In this document: positions 1-10,575 of the stretch, piece by piece | How positions within the stretch are numbered: position 1 is the stretch's first letter | How the letters are laid out: every line of letters begins with the position of its first letter | Assembly (NCBI GenBank): GCA_030264375.1 | Contig: JASCQW010000001.1 | Span: forward strand, 142,079,363-142,143,362 | DNA from: Carcharhinus longimanus | Taxonomy: Eukaryota | Length of the DNA stretch: 64,000 nucleotides | Direction of reading: 5' to 3' | The notes under the pieces: generated by a model | What the model was told of the DNA's origin: nothing | The model's database searches: none | What the model saw: only the letters and a program-made list of their open reading frames with translations | Position numbers and translations under genes: made by a program

Positions 1-145
1 TTACCCCTGACATCTCCTCTGTACCTGCTCCCCAGCACCTTAAACCTGTGTCCTCTCGTAGCGACCATTTCAGCCCTTTCAAAACAAAGAACAAAGAACA
101 AAACAGCCCAGGAAACAGGCCCTTTGGCCCAACGAGCCCGCGCGG
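1..145 (-). mobile_element. CR1/HER1-like LINE 3' fragments
   Basis: ccttaaacctgtgtcctctcgt is the reverse of the ORF2 C-terminal TRGHRFK motif. It is followed by a (aagaaca)n tail and acaggccctttggccc, the 3'UTR hairpin also seen at 23800 and 58850. Confidence 0.7.
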
Positions 146-221
146 CTATCTTAACATTATGAGTCTCCCTTCCACCCATGACACTTGTCTATGCTTATGG
201 CATTCCACATTGAGGGAAGAC

Positions 222-352
222 TAATTTAGGGACAATTTGTTACACCAATTCGCCTAATAGCACATCTTTGGGGTGTGGGTGGAAACCGGAGAACCCGGAG
301 AAAACCCACGCAAGCACGGGGAGGATGTGCAAACTCCCACAGACACTGGCCC
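222..352 (-). mobile_element. HE1/V-SINE-like fragment
   Basis: ggaaaccggagaacccggagaaaacccacgcaagcacggggaggatgtgcaaactcc is homologous to the central domain of the copy at 772-1086. Confidence 0.8.
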
Positions 353-379
353 AAATCCATGTATCTGCAAAGCCAACAG

Positions 380-545
380 TGATAGTAGGACCTCAGCTTC
401 TTCAGGCTCTCCATATAGCTGCTAAAGTCAGTCATCCCTGTTTGTGAACCTCTTCTGCACTTGAACACCATTCCTAAACTGTGATGCCCAGAATTGAACA
501 CAATGCTCTAGCTGAGGTTGAACCAGAGTTTTACAAAGGCTTGAC
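380..545 (-). mobile_element. CR1 LINE ORF2 relic
   Basis: The reverse strand reads as a decayed LYKTLVRPQLEYCVQFWAP motif (gatgcccagaattgaacacaatgctctagctgagg). Confidence 0.65.
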
Positions 546-771
546 TTCAATTACAAATGAGCAGACTAATCCACCATGTTAGAGGATGGCTTTATGTGCT
601 TAATATAATCATCTAAAACTCAGGAAAATAGGAACCAACTGGCTGTTTTCTGTTAGAGATATCACTGACACAAGAGTCCCTTCCTATTTCATATAACTAA
701 GGCAGACTTTGTCTCCTTACTGAAATGACCTTTAAGTTAAATCTTTATCTGCTGCTCTTTCTCAAAAACAC

Positions 772-1086
772 ACAGAATCCTACAGTGCAGAAGGAAACCA
801 CTCAGTCCATTGAGTCTGCACCGACCACAATCCCACCCAGGCCCTATCGCCATAACCCCATGCATTTACCCTAGCTAGTCCCCCCGACACTAAGGGGCAA
901 TTTAGCATGGCCAATCCACCTAACCTGCACATCTTTGGATTGTGGGAGGAAACCGGAGCATCCGGAGGAAACCCACACAGACACAGGGAGAATGTGCAAA
1001 CTCCACACAGACAGTGACCCAAGGCCGGGAATTGAACTCGGGTTCCCTGGCGCTGTGAGGCAGCAGAACTAAACTCTGTGCCACCC
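772..1086 (-). mobile_element. Full-length HE1-like tRNA-derived V-SINE with CR1-type tail
   Basis: On the - strand: tRNA-like head with B box (gagttcaattccc), central domain gtgggtttcctccggatgctccggtttcctcccacaatccaaagatgtgcaggttagg, and tail tccttctgcactgtaggattct. Confidence 0.88.
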
Positions 1087-1816
1087 TATTTAACTCCCAA
1101 CACTGAGTGGCAACAGATCAGAAAACACACCGTTATCCAGGACACATGCGAACATGAGAACACATGCAAACGTGCCAACACAGAGGTATCGGAACACCAT
1201 GACACATTTCTCAGAGCAGCCAAATTTCTCCATCACCTTCCGAAGACCCTCATCGCTGACTGCGTCAAAGGCTTGGGTCTGTACAGCACGCTGATCCTGT
1301 ATTGAACTGAATGATTTTTTTGAACACTTTATCGATAGTTTTAACGTGATAACATTTTTGACCAGTTAGCTGCTATCAGTCACTGTTTCAACCCAGTAGG
1401 GTTGGTTTTACAAAAATCTGGTAAAACAGTTACTAACGTGTTGAAGAGCTGGCACACAGGTCTGGTTAACTCAATTAGTGACTGGCAGCATCATCCAGGA
1501 CACATGTCAACACCCGTACCTGTGTTAAATTTCTCCTTTACAAACCTAACATTGAATTTGATCATATGATAACTGCGAGATGGTGTTCCCTTACTGTTCG
1601 AATATTAACTAAGTTTAGCTCAGTACCCAGTACTTGTTTAGACAATCTTATTTTGGTTCCAGAATATCTAACTCTAGAAAACTGTCTTGAATTAAGTGAA
1701 CAAGTGAACAAACCCCTGCAGAAGTTCATCCTAATATTTCTCTATACTCCGCCATGACAGAACAAAGTATTTTGGTATTCACAACCAGAAAGATCTAGTC
1801 AACCGAATGTGTATAA

Positions 1817-2150
1817 AATTATGAGGGGTATGGATAGGGTGAACAGTGGGAAGCTTTTTCCCAGGTCGGAGGAGACAAACACGAGGAGGTCACAGGTTCA
1901 AGGTGAGGGGGGTGAGGTTTAACTGAGATATCAGAGGGACGTATTTTACACAGAGGGTGCTGGGGGCCTGGAATGCACTGCCAAGCAGGGTGGTGGAGGC
2001 AGACACGCTGGGATTGTTTAAGACTTATCTGGATAGTCACATGAGCAGACTGGGAATGGAGGAATACAGAAGAATGGTCTAGTTGGACTAATGAGTGGCG
2101 CAGGCTTGGAGGGCCTAAGGGCCTGTTTCCTGTGCTGTGTTGTTCTTTGT
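1817..2150 (+). mobile_element. CR1/HER1-like LINE 3' end
   Basis: ORF2 C-terminus (KIMRGMDRV...TRGHRFKV...FTQRV..AWNALP...VVEADTL..FK..LD) followed by the 3'UTR gggcctaagggcctgtttcctgtgctgtgttgttctttgtt. Confidence 0.88.
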
Positions 2151-3655
2151 TGGGGCTAGAAATGAACTTTAAGCCCCATGTCAATTTAGCATCAAGGTTA
2201 CATATTTCTTGTCATACGATGCTTCAGCCTTACCATCAGCAAAATTCTGCTTCATGATTTGATTGTTCAGTTGCTTTGCTGATGTGTTTCAGGTTTTTTC
2301 ACCAGTTTATCTTGTTGAACAAAAGTCAACACATTTATCTCAGTAATGTGTTACACCGCTTTTGAATGATTGGAGAAGCATACATGTTGGTGCACACAAG
2401 TTTATGACATCCTAGTTTTTACATCAAGGTATTCTCTTTAGTCCCCACTTCATTTTATTGTATGACTACATGTGTAGGCAGCCATAATCGCAAGGAGATA
2501 ATTTAGTAGTTTATATACTTAGGAACAATTAAAATGCAATTGATCTAATCCAATAGTTCAAACCACCATGATGATATTGACTTATTTTTGACTTAGCTTG
2601 CAGACTGAAAACTGTTCTGATATTATGTATGGATCTAATGGCTTTTGATCAGATTTTGTACCACGCGCAAGATGTGTCAGCTCGGACAATGAGGCCTGAA
2701 TCTCTTTCATAGTGGCTAGTGAAGGATTGGGATAAAACGTACCCTGTCAGTTTCATAGCCTGTTTTGCTGGTTTGGGAATTAGCATCTATTAGGATGAGC
2801 TCGCAGCAGTATCACACCATCGAGAAGGGAGCTAGACATTAATGAGGATGAAGTTGTGACTGTACTACAGTGGCGGCAGAACCAGACGACAAGGGGACAG
2901 ATTTAAAGGGCACAAGAGAGATTGAAGAGTTGACAGGAGGATTATTTTGGGTGTTTGAACTCAGCAGAAGCTTAATAAAATAAGTTTTTTTTAACCTAAA
3001 GGAGAGTGAAAGGTGCCCAATACTGCACTCTCTTCCTTCAAAAATGGAATCAGTCAACCTTTCAATTCCGCAGCAAGAACTACTGCTAGACTTTCATTAC
3101 TGACTTTGAGATCAGCAGTATTAACAGAAAATGACAAGGAAATAGTGTGCATTGCTGTGCAGTGCCTTCCCACTGGTGCCTTTTCTCCTGCTGTCATCTA
3201 CATTTGCTAGGCAGTGAACAGACTGCCAACAACTTGCCCTCATGTGACAGGATACAGGAAATATCTAGCTTAAGGTCGAAATTTGGCAATTGTCTTTCTC
3301 CCAGATTTTCCTTGGTTTTGCCAATGCTGTACTACCTGCAATTGAGCAGTATAGGTTGGGGATATTCAGACTTTACCATTTGGTGCATTCCATTTCCTGA
3401 TTGCAAGAATACAATCAAAAGGAGGAATTAAGGCATCATTACTGCAAACTCAGGAATAAGTTGCAGTTACTATCTGAAACGCTCTGTATCTAATATGAAA
3501 ATATATCAATAAACTTCAGTCCTAAATGTGAAAGGGAAGCTTGATATTTAACTAAAAAAATGTTTCAGCTGTGTTTCATTTGGCATGATGCATGAAGATC
3601 AGAGGTTTATTACTGCTGAATTTGCAATTTGTGTACTTATTTTTCCTCAACTTAG

Positions 3656-3917
3656 GGTCCAAATGCCCTTGTGACATACACAATTATCAGCGGGGCGGAC
3701 AACAGTTTCCGCATTGATCCAGAATCCGGAGATCTTCTAGCCACTAAGCGTTTGGACCGAGAGCGTCGTTCCAAATATTCCCTATTGGTTCGAGCCGATG
3801 ATGGACTGCAATCCTCAGATATGCGAATCAACATCACCGTCAGTGATATTAATGATCACACGCCTAAGTTCTCCAAAGATGTATATTCATTTGATATACC
3901 CGAGGACGCTACACCAG
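3656..3917 (+). CDS. FAT4: FAT4 internal coding exon (262 bp), cadherin repeat
   Basis: Acceptor tttttcctcaacttAG at 3654-3655, donor GTaaaa at 3918. Translates GPNALVTYTIISGADNSFRIDPESGDLLATKRLDRERRSKYSLLVRADDGLQSSDMRINITVSDINDHTPKF...IPEDATP with LDRE, DxND and PE cadherin motifs, and closely matches the FAT4 sequence I recall. Starts in phase 0, ends in phase 1. Confidence 0.95.
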
Positions 3918-4877
3918 GTAAAAAGAGAAACTACAGCAAATCTCACAGTATTAACAATGAATAATAATATTAGTAGAATAAATACAAACAAATATCCATG
4001 TTGTCTGATTGGCTAACTTAGGAGCAGTTCCCATGATTCTGTTCTCACTTTAATATTCTTCAGTTCTCTGCCCAAAGGCAGCTACTTGCTCTTTATTCAC
4101 CAACCATGGCAAAGCATTGTGATTTTTTTACCATGGGTAAGGCGAAGAATCTACCTCAGCCAGAATGAGGAAAGATCGAACCTAATAAGCCCAACTGCTG
4201 TTGGCAATAATCTGATCCTCATGCTAGCCAACTGGCCCATCTCACTCTTTAAAGGAAATCCTATTTTTATTCCAATGTAAGGCCATTTTAACCAATTATC
4301 ACATTTAAGTAGCCTATTGAGTAACCATCATAAAATGCCATGCTTCCTGGCTACGTGTATCGTCTAGGCATAAGATGGTAATGTACTGGCATCATGCTGA
4401 ACATGGCTCCAGTTAACTCGGGTCAAGTTCCATTATTTATATGTAATTGTTAGTTACTTGTCTGCAAAACAAGAGGCCAAGTGCTAAGGGATACCATATG
4501 TTATAAACTATCCCAAGCTGATCTGCACTGTATCTTCTCTGTCTCTGGCCTGGATTGTGCTGTCAGCTGCCCTTGAGCAGAAATGCATAGTAAACAAGCT
4601 CTGAGGCTTAACTAGAATGTCCTGTATAAATATATCTTGATAAATAAATACGTAGAAGTGTTTTGAAATAATGCCTACCATAAATAATGAGTGAAATGTT
4701 TCAATTTTACATTCTTTGAAGAAAGGTCATGGACCTGGATTGTCCTCAGCGGTGTTCTCTTGGGAGGTTTTGGGAGCGAGATCACAGGAAGGGGTCAACC
4801 AATCGCAGTGGAATTTTGTTGCAGCAGGTCTGCATGACAAAAATCCTTTGGATCCCAAAAGCTGTACTTATTCCATC

Positions 4878-5073
4878 ACATTGCCGTTCCTTCACAATCT
4901 AGGGTCAAAATCCTAGAATTTCTTCCCTAATGGCATTGTGGGTCAACCCACAGATCATGGACTGCAGCGATTCAAGAAGGTGGCTCAGCACCACCTTCTC
5001 AAGTGCAACTAGGGATGGGCAATAAGTGCTGGCTAGCCAGTATCACCCATGTCCCACGAATGAATTAAAAAAA
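4878..5073 (+). mobile_element. LINE 3' end (family of the 6250-9190 element) with poly(A)
   Basis: ttccctaatggcattgtgggt...ggactgcagcgattcaagaagg...caactagggatgggcaataagtgctggc...aatgaattaaaaaaa. Homologous to 9060-9180 and, inverted, to 36930-37135. Confidence 0.8.
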
Positions 5074-5334
5074 TCTTGCCAGAGGTAATTGTAAATAAAT
5101 GCCCCAGTATTTATAGGGATGGAATGGAGGCAGGTATAATCGGCTAGGAAACCCAGAAATGTTGGAAATGTAGATATCTTGCCAAATATAATAAGATCTT
5201 ATTAGAACTTTTGAACTCCCTTTGCCATCTGACAGTCAGCTATATTGCAGGCTGCCAGATGAGAAAACCTGAAGTACACAGCCACAGCCATGGATCACTG
5301 GAGGCAAACACTGGCAATTTGAGAAGGTCGGAAA

Positions 5335-5590
5335 TTGGCAAGGGGACTCGAGCACATCAGAGATTGTAACAACAGAGAGGTCATTGGAAAGGGTGAGAGA
5401 TTGCAGAGGTGTATAGATAGTGGAGGAAAAAGATCACGCTGGAGAGATTGTGAGGAAGAAGAGATTTTAGAGGGAAAGATTGCATGGAAGAAATTTGCAG
5501 AGAGGGATCGGAGGAGGGAGAGAATTTGGGAGAAAGATCACAGGGAGAAGCTGATGAATCATAGAGAGGAATAGATTTGGTGAGAATTCC
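5335..5590. repeat. Degenerate purine-rich minisatellite (gagagattg/aagat-type units)
   Basis: Repeated gagagattgcagag / ggagagattgtgagg / gagattttagaggg / agattgcatggaag / agatcacagggag units. Confidence 0.55.
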
Positions 5591-6984
5591 ATTGGATCCC
5601 AAAAGCTGAGGCACTGAGTCTCACTGAGAATTCTACATTTTGTGTTATTTGTTTGGCCCAACACATGTTGTTAAAGTGGGTGTGTTTGCAGCTGCCTAGG
5701 GTTGAGTTTAACCTTTTCCTCTCCTGCCTGTCATGGGATGAAGGGGGGCGGCATGTTGTTGCGAAGTGAAACTTATTCTGATGTTTCTGCTGCATCCCCA
5801 AGAAAGTAACAATTGACAGAGCAGAACAGCTCGAACGAAGTTTGCAGACATTATCTCCATTTATTTATCTCCCTTTCCTTGGGAGAGTCTTAGCATTAGT
5901 TTCACTATTTTGTGAGATATAGATAGGATGGAACGGTGCATGGCCAAAGTGGAAAAGTCAACATGACCAAAAGATTTACAAGGTTAGTTATTAAAAGAAA
6001 ATATGAACATTTTAGGACCCAGTTGTTTACTGGTGTTTACAGTGCAAGACAGTGATAACCAAACTGAATATTTACAAGTGTATATCAAAGTCCTAAACAG
6101 CTTCTGATTAATCAATTGTATTACATGCTATAAATATTAACAACTGAAGGCTTCCTAGTTCTACAATATTATTGAATAGATCTTTTGGAAAAGCAAAGTG
6201 TGCTTATTAAGCAATGAAAAATCAGAAGCTACAAAGGCATACCCAGCCCAGTTGCTGCAAAATGCTCTTCACTAACATATAAGGACTTGTGCCAAAATTA
6301 AGAGAGCTGTCCCATAAATATTTTGAGAAACTACTTGGCAGAGTCCCAGAATCATACCTTACAGCCATGCTGGCCCAGATTCCGCCATCTCAGCCTCTGA
6401 CCATGTTCTGTCCTACTAGTAGGACAGACCCACAAGAGTTGGCAGTATAGTGGTATACAATCCTCAACATTGATTTAGGACCCCATGAAATCTCATTACA
6501 TCAAATCAATATGAGCAAGCAAACCTCCNNNNNNNNNNNNNNNNNNNNNNNNNNNNNNNNNNNNNNNNNNNNNNNNNNNNNNNNNNNNNNNNNNNNNNNN
6601 NNNNNNNNNNNNNNNNNNNNNNNNNNNNNNNNNNNNNNNNNNNNNNNNNNNNNNNNNNNNNNNNNNNNNNNNNNNNNNNNNNNNNNNNNNNNNNNNNNNN
6701 NNNNNNNNNNNNNNNNNNNNNNNNNNNNCTGTGGAAGGTGGAGAAGGAACCAACTTGATGGAAAACCCTACTTGAACTCATCCCCACTAAGTTATCTGTA
6801 GAAGATGCATCTCTCCATGATAGCAACAAAGCCCACCTTCACATGAGAACATCCTCCACCATCTTGTATGACATTTACGCCGTGCTAAATAGTATAAGTT
6901 CAGAATAGACCTGAATGAGGTGCTGTGACTAACAGCAGTGGCAAAGTTGAATTACATTAAAATCTGTTACCTCATAGCATGGCA

Positions 6985-7187
6985 TGTCCCCCTGTCTGCG
7001 TGGCTTTCCTTTGAGTTCTCCGGTTTTCTGCCACAGTCAAAAGATTTGTGGTGTAGGTTGATTGGCCATGTTAAATTGACCCTAGTGTCGGGATAACATA
7101 TGTGGGGTTGTGTGAATGGGCCTGGGTGAGCGATGCAGACTCGATTGGCTGAATGGCCTCCTTCTGCACTGTAGGAATTCTATGATT
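6985..7187 (+). mobile_element. 5'-truncated HE1-like SINE nested in the LINE
   Basis: Central domain tgtctgcgtggctttcc...ggttgattggccatgttaaattg plus tail gaatggcctccttctgcactgtaggaattctatgattct. Confidence 0.8.
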
Positions 7188-7189
7188 CT

Positions 7190-7410
7190 TTGCACAAAGG
7201 GTTTTGTATTTTTGGAGTTTTCTACCCCAGAGATGGTTAGTTATTGAAACAGAGATCAATAGATTTTTATGCAGTAAGTGAATTAAGGGATATGGGCATA
7301 ATGTAGGAAGATGGAATTGAGGTAAATGATTAGCCATTGTGGTAGTGAATCGCAGAGCAGGCTTGAAGGGTCAAATGCCCTACATCTGCTTCCTATTTCT
7401 TGTGCTCTTC
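7190..7410 (+). mobile_element. Old CR1 3' end
   Basis: acagagatcaatagattttt...aagggatatggg...gcagagcaggcttgaagggtcaaatgccctac...gcttcctatttcttgtgctctt. This is the same tail type as 24503 and 50695, which lie in the opposite orientation. Confidence 0.7.
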
Positions 7411-8291
7411 TGTCAAGAAGCGCTTAAACACTCTGGTTACAGTAATGATGACAGACCTATCTGTAGTACTGAACACTTGTTCTCAAGAACCAGCCACGCT
7501 CTAGCAACCTAGTCTAGCTCAGCTGCAATACTGCTGGTATTTACTTGGCAGAGTGGTATATTGCCAAGGAATAGCCTATCCAAAAAGAGGGAGGACAAGT
7601 CCAGTCCAGCATATGAACAACTCCTTTCAGTCTTCAGCTGAGTGGTGAAAGATGTCATTGATGCTTTCAAGCAGCCATTACTCCAATAACCTGCTGCTCC
7701 TAATTAGTTTGGTTCTGTCAGGAACAGTCAGTTCCTGTCCTCATTACACCCTTAATCCAAACAAGTACAAAAGGACTGAGGGTTTTAGTTAAGTCGGGCA
7801 GCATGGTCGGTGCAGGCTTGGTGGGCCGAAGGGTCTTTTTTTTTTGCTCTGAATTCTAGAGGAAAGGTGAGATTGACTGCAGTTGAGAACAGGGTAGTAT
7901 TTGGTCAAGTGTGGCAATAGGAAGCCCTCATGAAATTAGTCATTGGAAATTTAGGAGCAAACTTTGTACCAGTGAAGTCATATCTTGCACAAAGTAAGGT
8001 GGTTGTGGTTATTGGAGATCAGTAATTTCAGGACATTGCTGCAGGAGTCCTTTGGACAGTGTGCTTGGTCCAGCCAACTTCAGCTGCTTCAGCATTGACC
8101 TTATATCCGTCATAAGTTCAGAATGGAGGTGCTTGCTGATCATTACAATGTTTCGTTCCATTTCCAACTCTTCTGGTAATGAACCAGCCCATGCTTGCAT
8201 GCAGCAAGACCTGGACAACATTCAACCTTGGGCTGATAAGTAACATTCATGTCATGCAAAAGCTCAGCAATAACTGTCTCCAAAAGAAGAG

Positions 8292-8505
8292 ATAAAATTA
8301 GAAAATGCTGAAAAAACTCAGCAAATCTGACAGCATCTGTGGCAAGCGAAACAGACATTTTGAGTCTGTATGACTAAAACTGATATTGGGCTCAAAACAT
8401 TATTTCTATTTGTCTCTCCAAAGATGCTGCCAAATTTGCTGAGCTTTCCCAGAATTTTCTGTTTTATTTCCAATTTCCAGCATCCACAGCATTTTGCTTG
8501 TATTT
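8292..8505. mobile_element. Penelope-type terminal inverted-repeat (hairpin) element nested in the LINE
   Basis: 8300-8342 (agaaaatgctgaaaaaactcagcaaatctgacagcatctgtgg) is the near-exact reverse complement of 8418-8460, followed by tccagcatccacagcattttgctt. Confidence 0.65.
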
Positions 8506-9561
8506 TAGTGTCCAATAACACAAAATGTAACCATCTCTCATTGACATTCAAAGACATTACTATTATTGAGCCCCCTACAATTGACAACCTTGTGGCGCCG
8601 TGGGTGATTATTACTGAACAGAAATTGACTGGATCAGATAAATAATTACTGTAGCTAGAGAAGGTCAGAAGCTGATATTTTGTGGTGTATAACTCACCTC
8701 CTGACTTCCCAATGACTTTTCAGTATCTATAAAGAGAAATTTGGAGTGCAATGAATACTTAAAACCTGCCTGGATGAGTGCAACTCCATCAAAAAGCAAG
8801 GGGGCAATACCACCAGGTATAAAGCAGTTGCTTTATTGACACATCATCCAGCATCTTGAACACATCCACCTTTGGTGAACCCTAGCTGCAGCATGTACCA
8901 TTCACAAGATACACTGTAGCAACTCACAAAGGCTTCTTTGACAGCATTTCCCAAACTTGCAATTCTATCACCTAGAACAGGAAGAGTAGAAGGCAACACC
9001 ATCATTGCCAAGTCACACACCCAGCTTTGATTTGGAAATATATTATTGTTTGTTTATTGTTGCTGGGCTAACATCCTGAAACTGTCTCCCTAACAGCATT
9101 GTAGGGCTATCTTCACCACATGGATTATAGCTGTACAAGAAGGTGGTTAGGAATGGGCAATAATTACTGGTTTTGCTAACGATAATTAATTCTGTAAAAT
9201 GTATTATGCAAAATGCTTTGTACAAATTTGACAAATGCTGTGTAGAAACTGCTCATTTTAATTAGTGTGCACCATAATCTTGTGGGCTTTGGCATTTTGA
9301 TTTTAATGCTTCATAAATGGCACAGATGAAAATTGTTTTGGAACAGGGCAGCTACAAGAGTAGTGATAGAAACAAGATGTTACTGATGCTATTGAAATGA
9401 AAATTGTTCATTGAAGGTAAGTCGTTCCTTTCTTTTTCAAAAAGAAAATAAGGAAATATTTAGAAATGAGAGAAGGTTTGATTTTTTTTAATGAAGAATC
9501 ACAATGCTACATTTTTAAAGATGTTGTTAGAGATTTTAAAAACTTTATTTAAACGTTTTAG

Positions 9562-9912
9562 GTTCCATTGTGGCAGCCACCTTGGCCAATGATGCAGATT
9601 CTGGCACAAATGGGGAAATCACATACATGGTAGAAGAGGATGATGAAGATGGGATGTTTTTCCTCAATTCTGTGACCGGTGTTTTCAATCTGACTCGAAC
9701 CCTGGATTATGAGAAGCAACCGTATTACATTCTGACTGTACGGGCAGAAGATGGCGGCGGACAGTTCAGCACAGTGAGAGTTTACTTCAACGTGCTGGAT
9801 GTGAACGATAATCCTCCCATTTTCAACCCTTCAACTTACAGCACTTCAGTGATGGAAAACCTTCCTCTTGGAGTGAGCATCCTAACCATTAAAGCAACTG
9901 ATGCAGATGATG
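9562..9912 (+). CDS. FAT4: FAT4 internal coding exon (351 bp), cadherin repeats
   Basis: Acceptor cgttttAG at 9560-9561, donor GTacgt at 9913. Phase 1 to phase 1, in frame with the previous exon: (G)SIVAATLANDADSGTNGEITY...LDYE...AEDGG...DVNDNPP...ATDADD(G). Confidence 0.95.
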
Positions 9913-10297
9913 GTACGTATGATAGAAAAGTTACGGATAAATTACGGCTGTACTAATGCCAGTCAGTATTGCAATAAGTGCTTCATCTCTCAATGACATT
10001 CAGTCGATTTCCAGAGATTCACGTTCTTTTTCCTGTTGAAAATGGCTGGGGTAATTGTACATTGAGAATAATGCTTCTATAGCTATTTGGACAAATTTCC
10101 ATGAGGCTGAGGATTGGCATTTGTAATTTGCTACCTACCCATTCACCCTAAGTTTCTTCAGAATTAACCTGAGTTATGATTTGCAATATAGCAAAGCATA
10201 AGTATGAATTAATAGATTTTTTTAAACTCTTTCAAATTGCACCTCTGTATTTTTTCAAAAGAAGCCAGATCTTTTTACTTCTGTCTCATAATTTCAG

Positions 10298-10575
10298 TCA
10301 GATTGGGTGGGTGGGGGGTGGTTGGGTCGGGTCAGGAATAGCTGAGTGGTTAGGGCGTAATTGGATTGGGTTGTGGATAGTCAAGAGGGCGGGGTGGTCA
10401 TCAGAAATAGTCAGATTGAGTCGGAATGGGGTAGTCAGATCAGGTTGGTAGTCAGATTGGATTGGGGTGGGGGGGGAGCGTAGTTGGATTGGGTCAGGGG
10501 TAGCTGAGTGAATAGGGGATTCTAGGATTGGGTCAGAGGTGTAGTTGGGGGCAGGGTGTGTGGTTATTGTGGGTT
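10298..10575 (+). repeat. G-rich degenerate tandem repeat (gtagtcagattggg-like units), probably MITE-internal
   Basis: Repeated gtcagattgggt / atagtcagattgagt / gtagtcagatcagg / gtagtcagattgga units and many GGG runs. Confidence 0.7.

Larger units (their letters stand above)
6250..9190 (+). mobile_element. Decayed near-full ORF2 of a CR1/L2(Jockey-group)-type LINE with nested insertions
   Basis: RT motif remnants: 7870-7925 resembles LTALDIKAAFDRVWH, and 8040-8160 resembles AGVPQGSVLGP..FSCF..DL..I.SEV..FADD. The 3' tail is at 9060-9185. It has many stops and frameshifts, and spans the 200-N gap at 6529-6728. Confidence 0.75.

Noticed and set aside
5335-5574. Charged, coiled-coil-like 79-aa ORF
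   Set aside because: It is the translation of a purine-rich minisatellite.
10298-10575. CRISPR-like or other functional repeat array
   Set aside because: Units are degenerate and irregular with no unique spacers, in a eukaryotic intron. It is a simple G-rich minisatellite.
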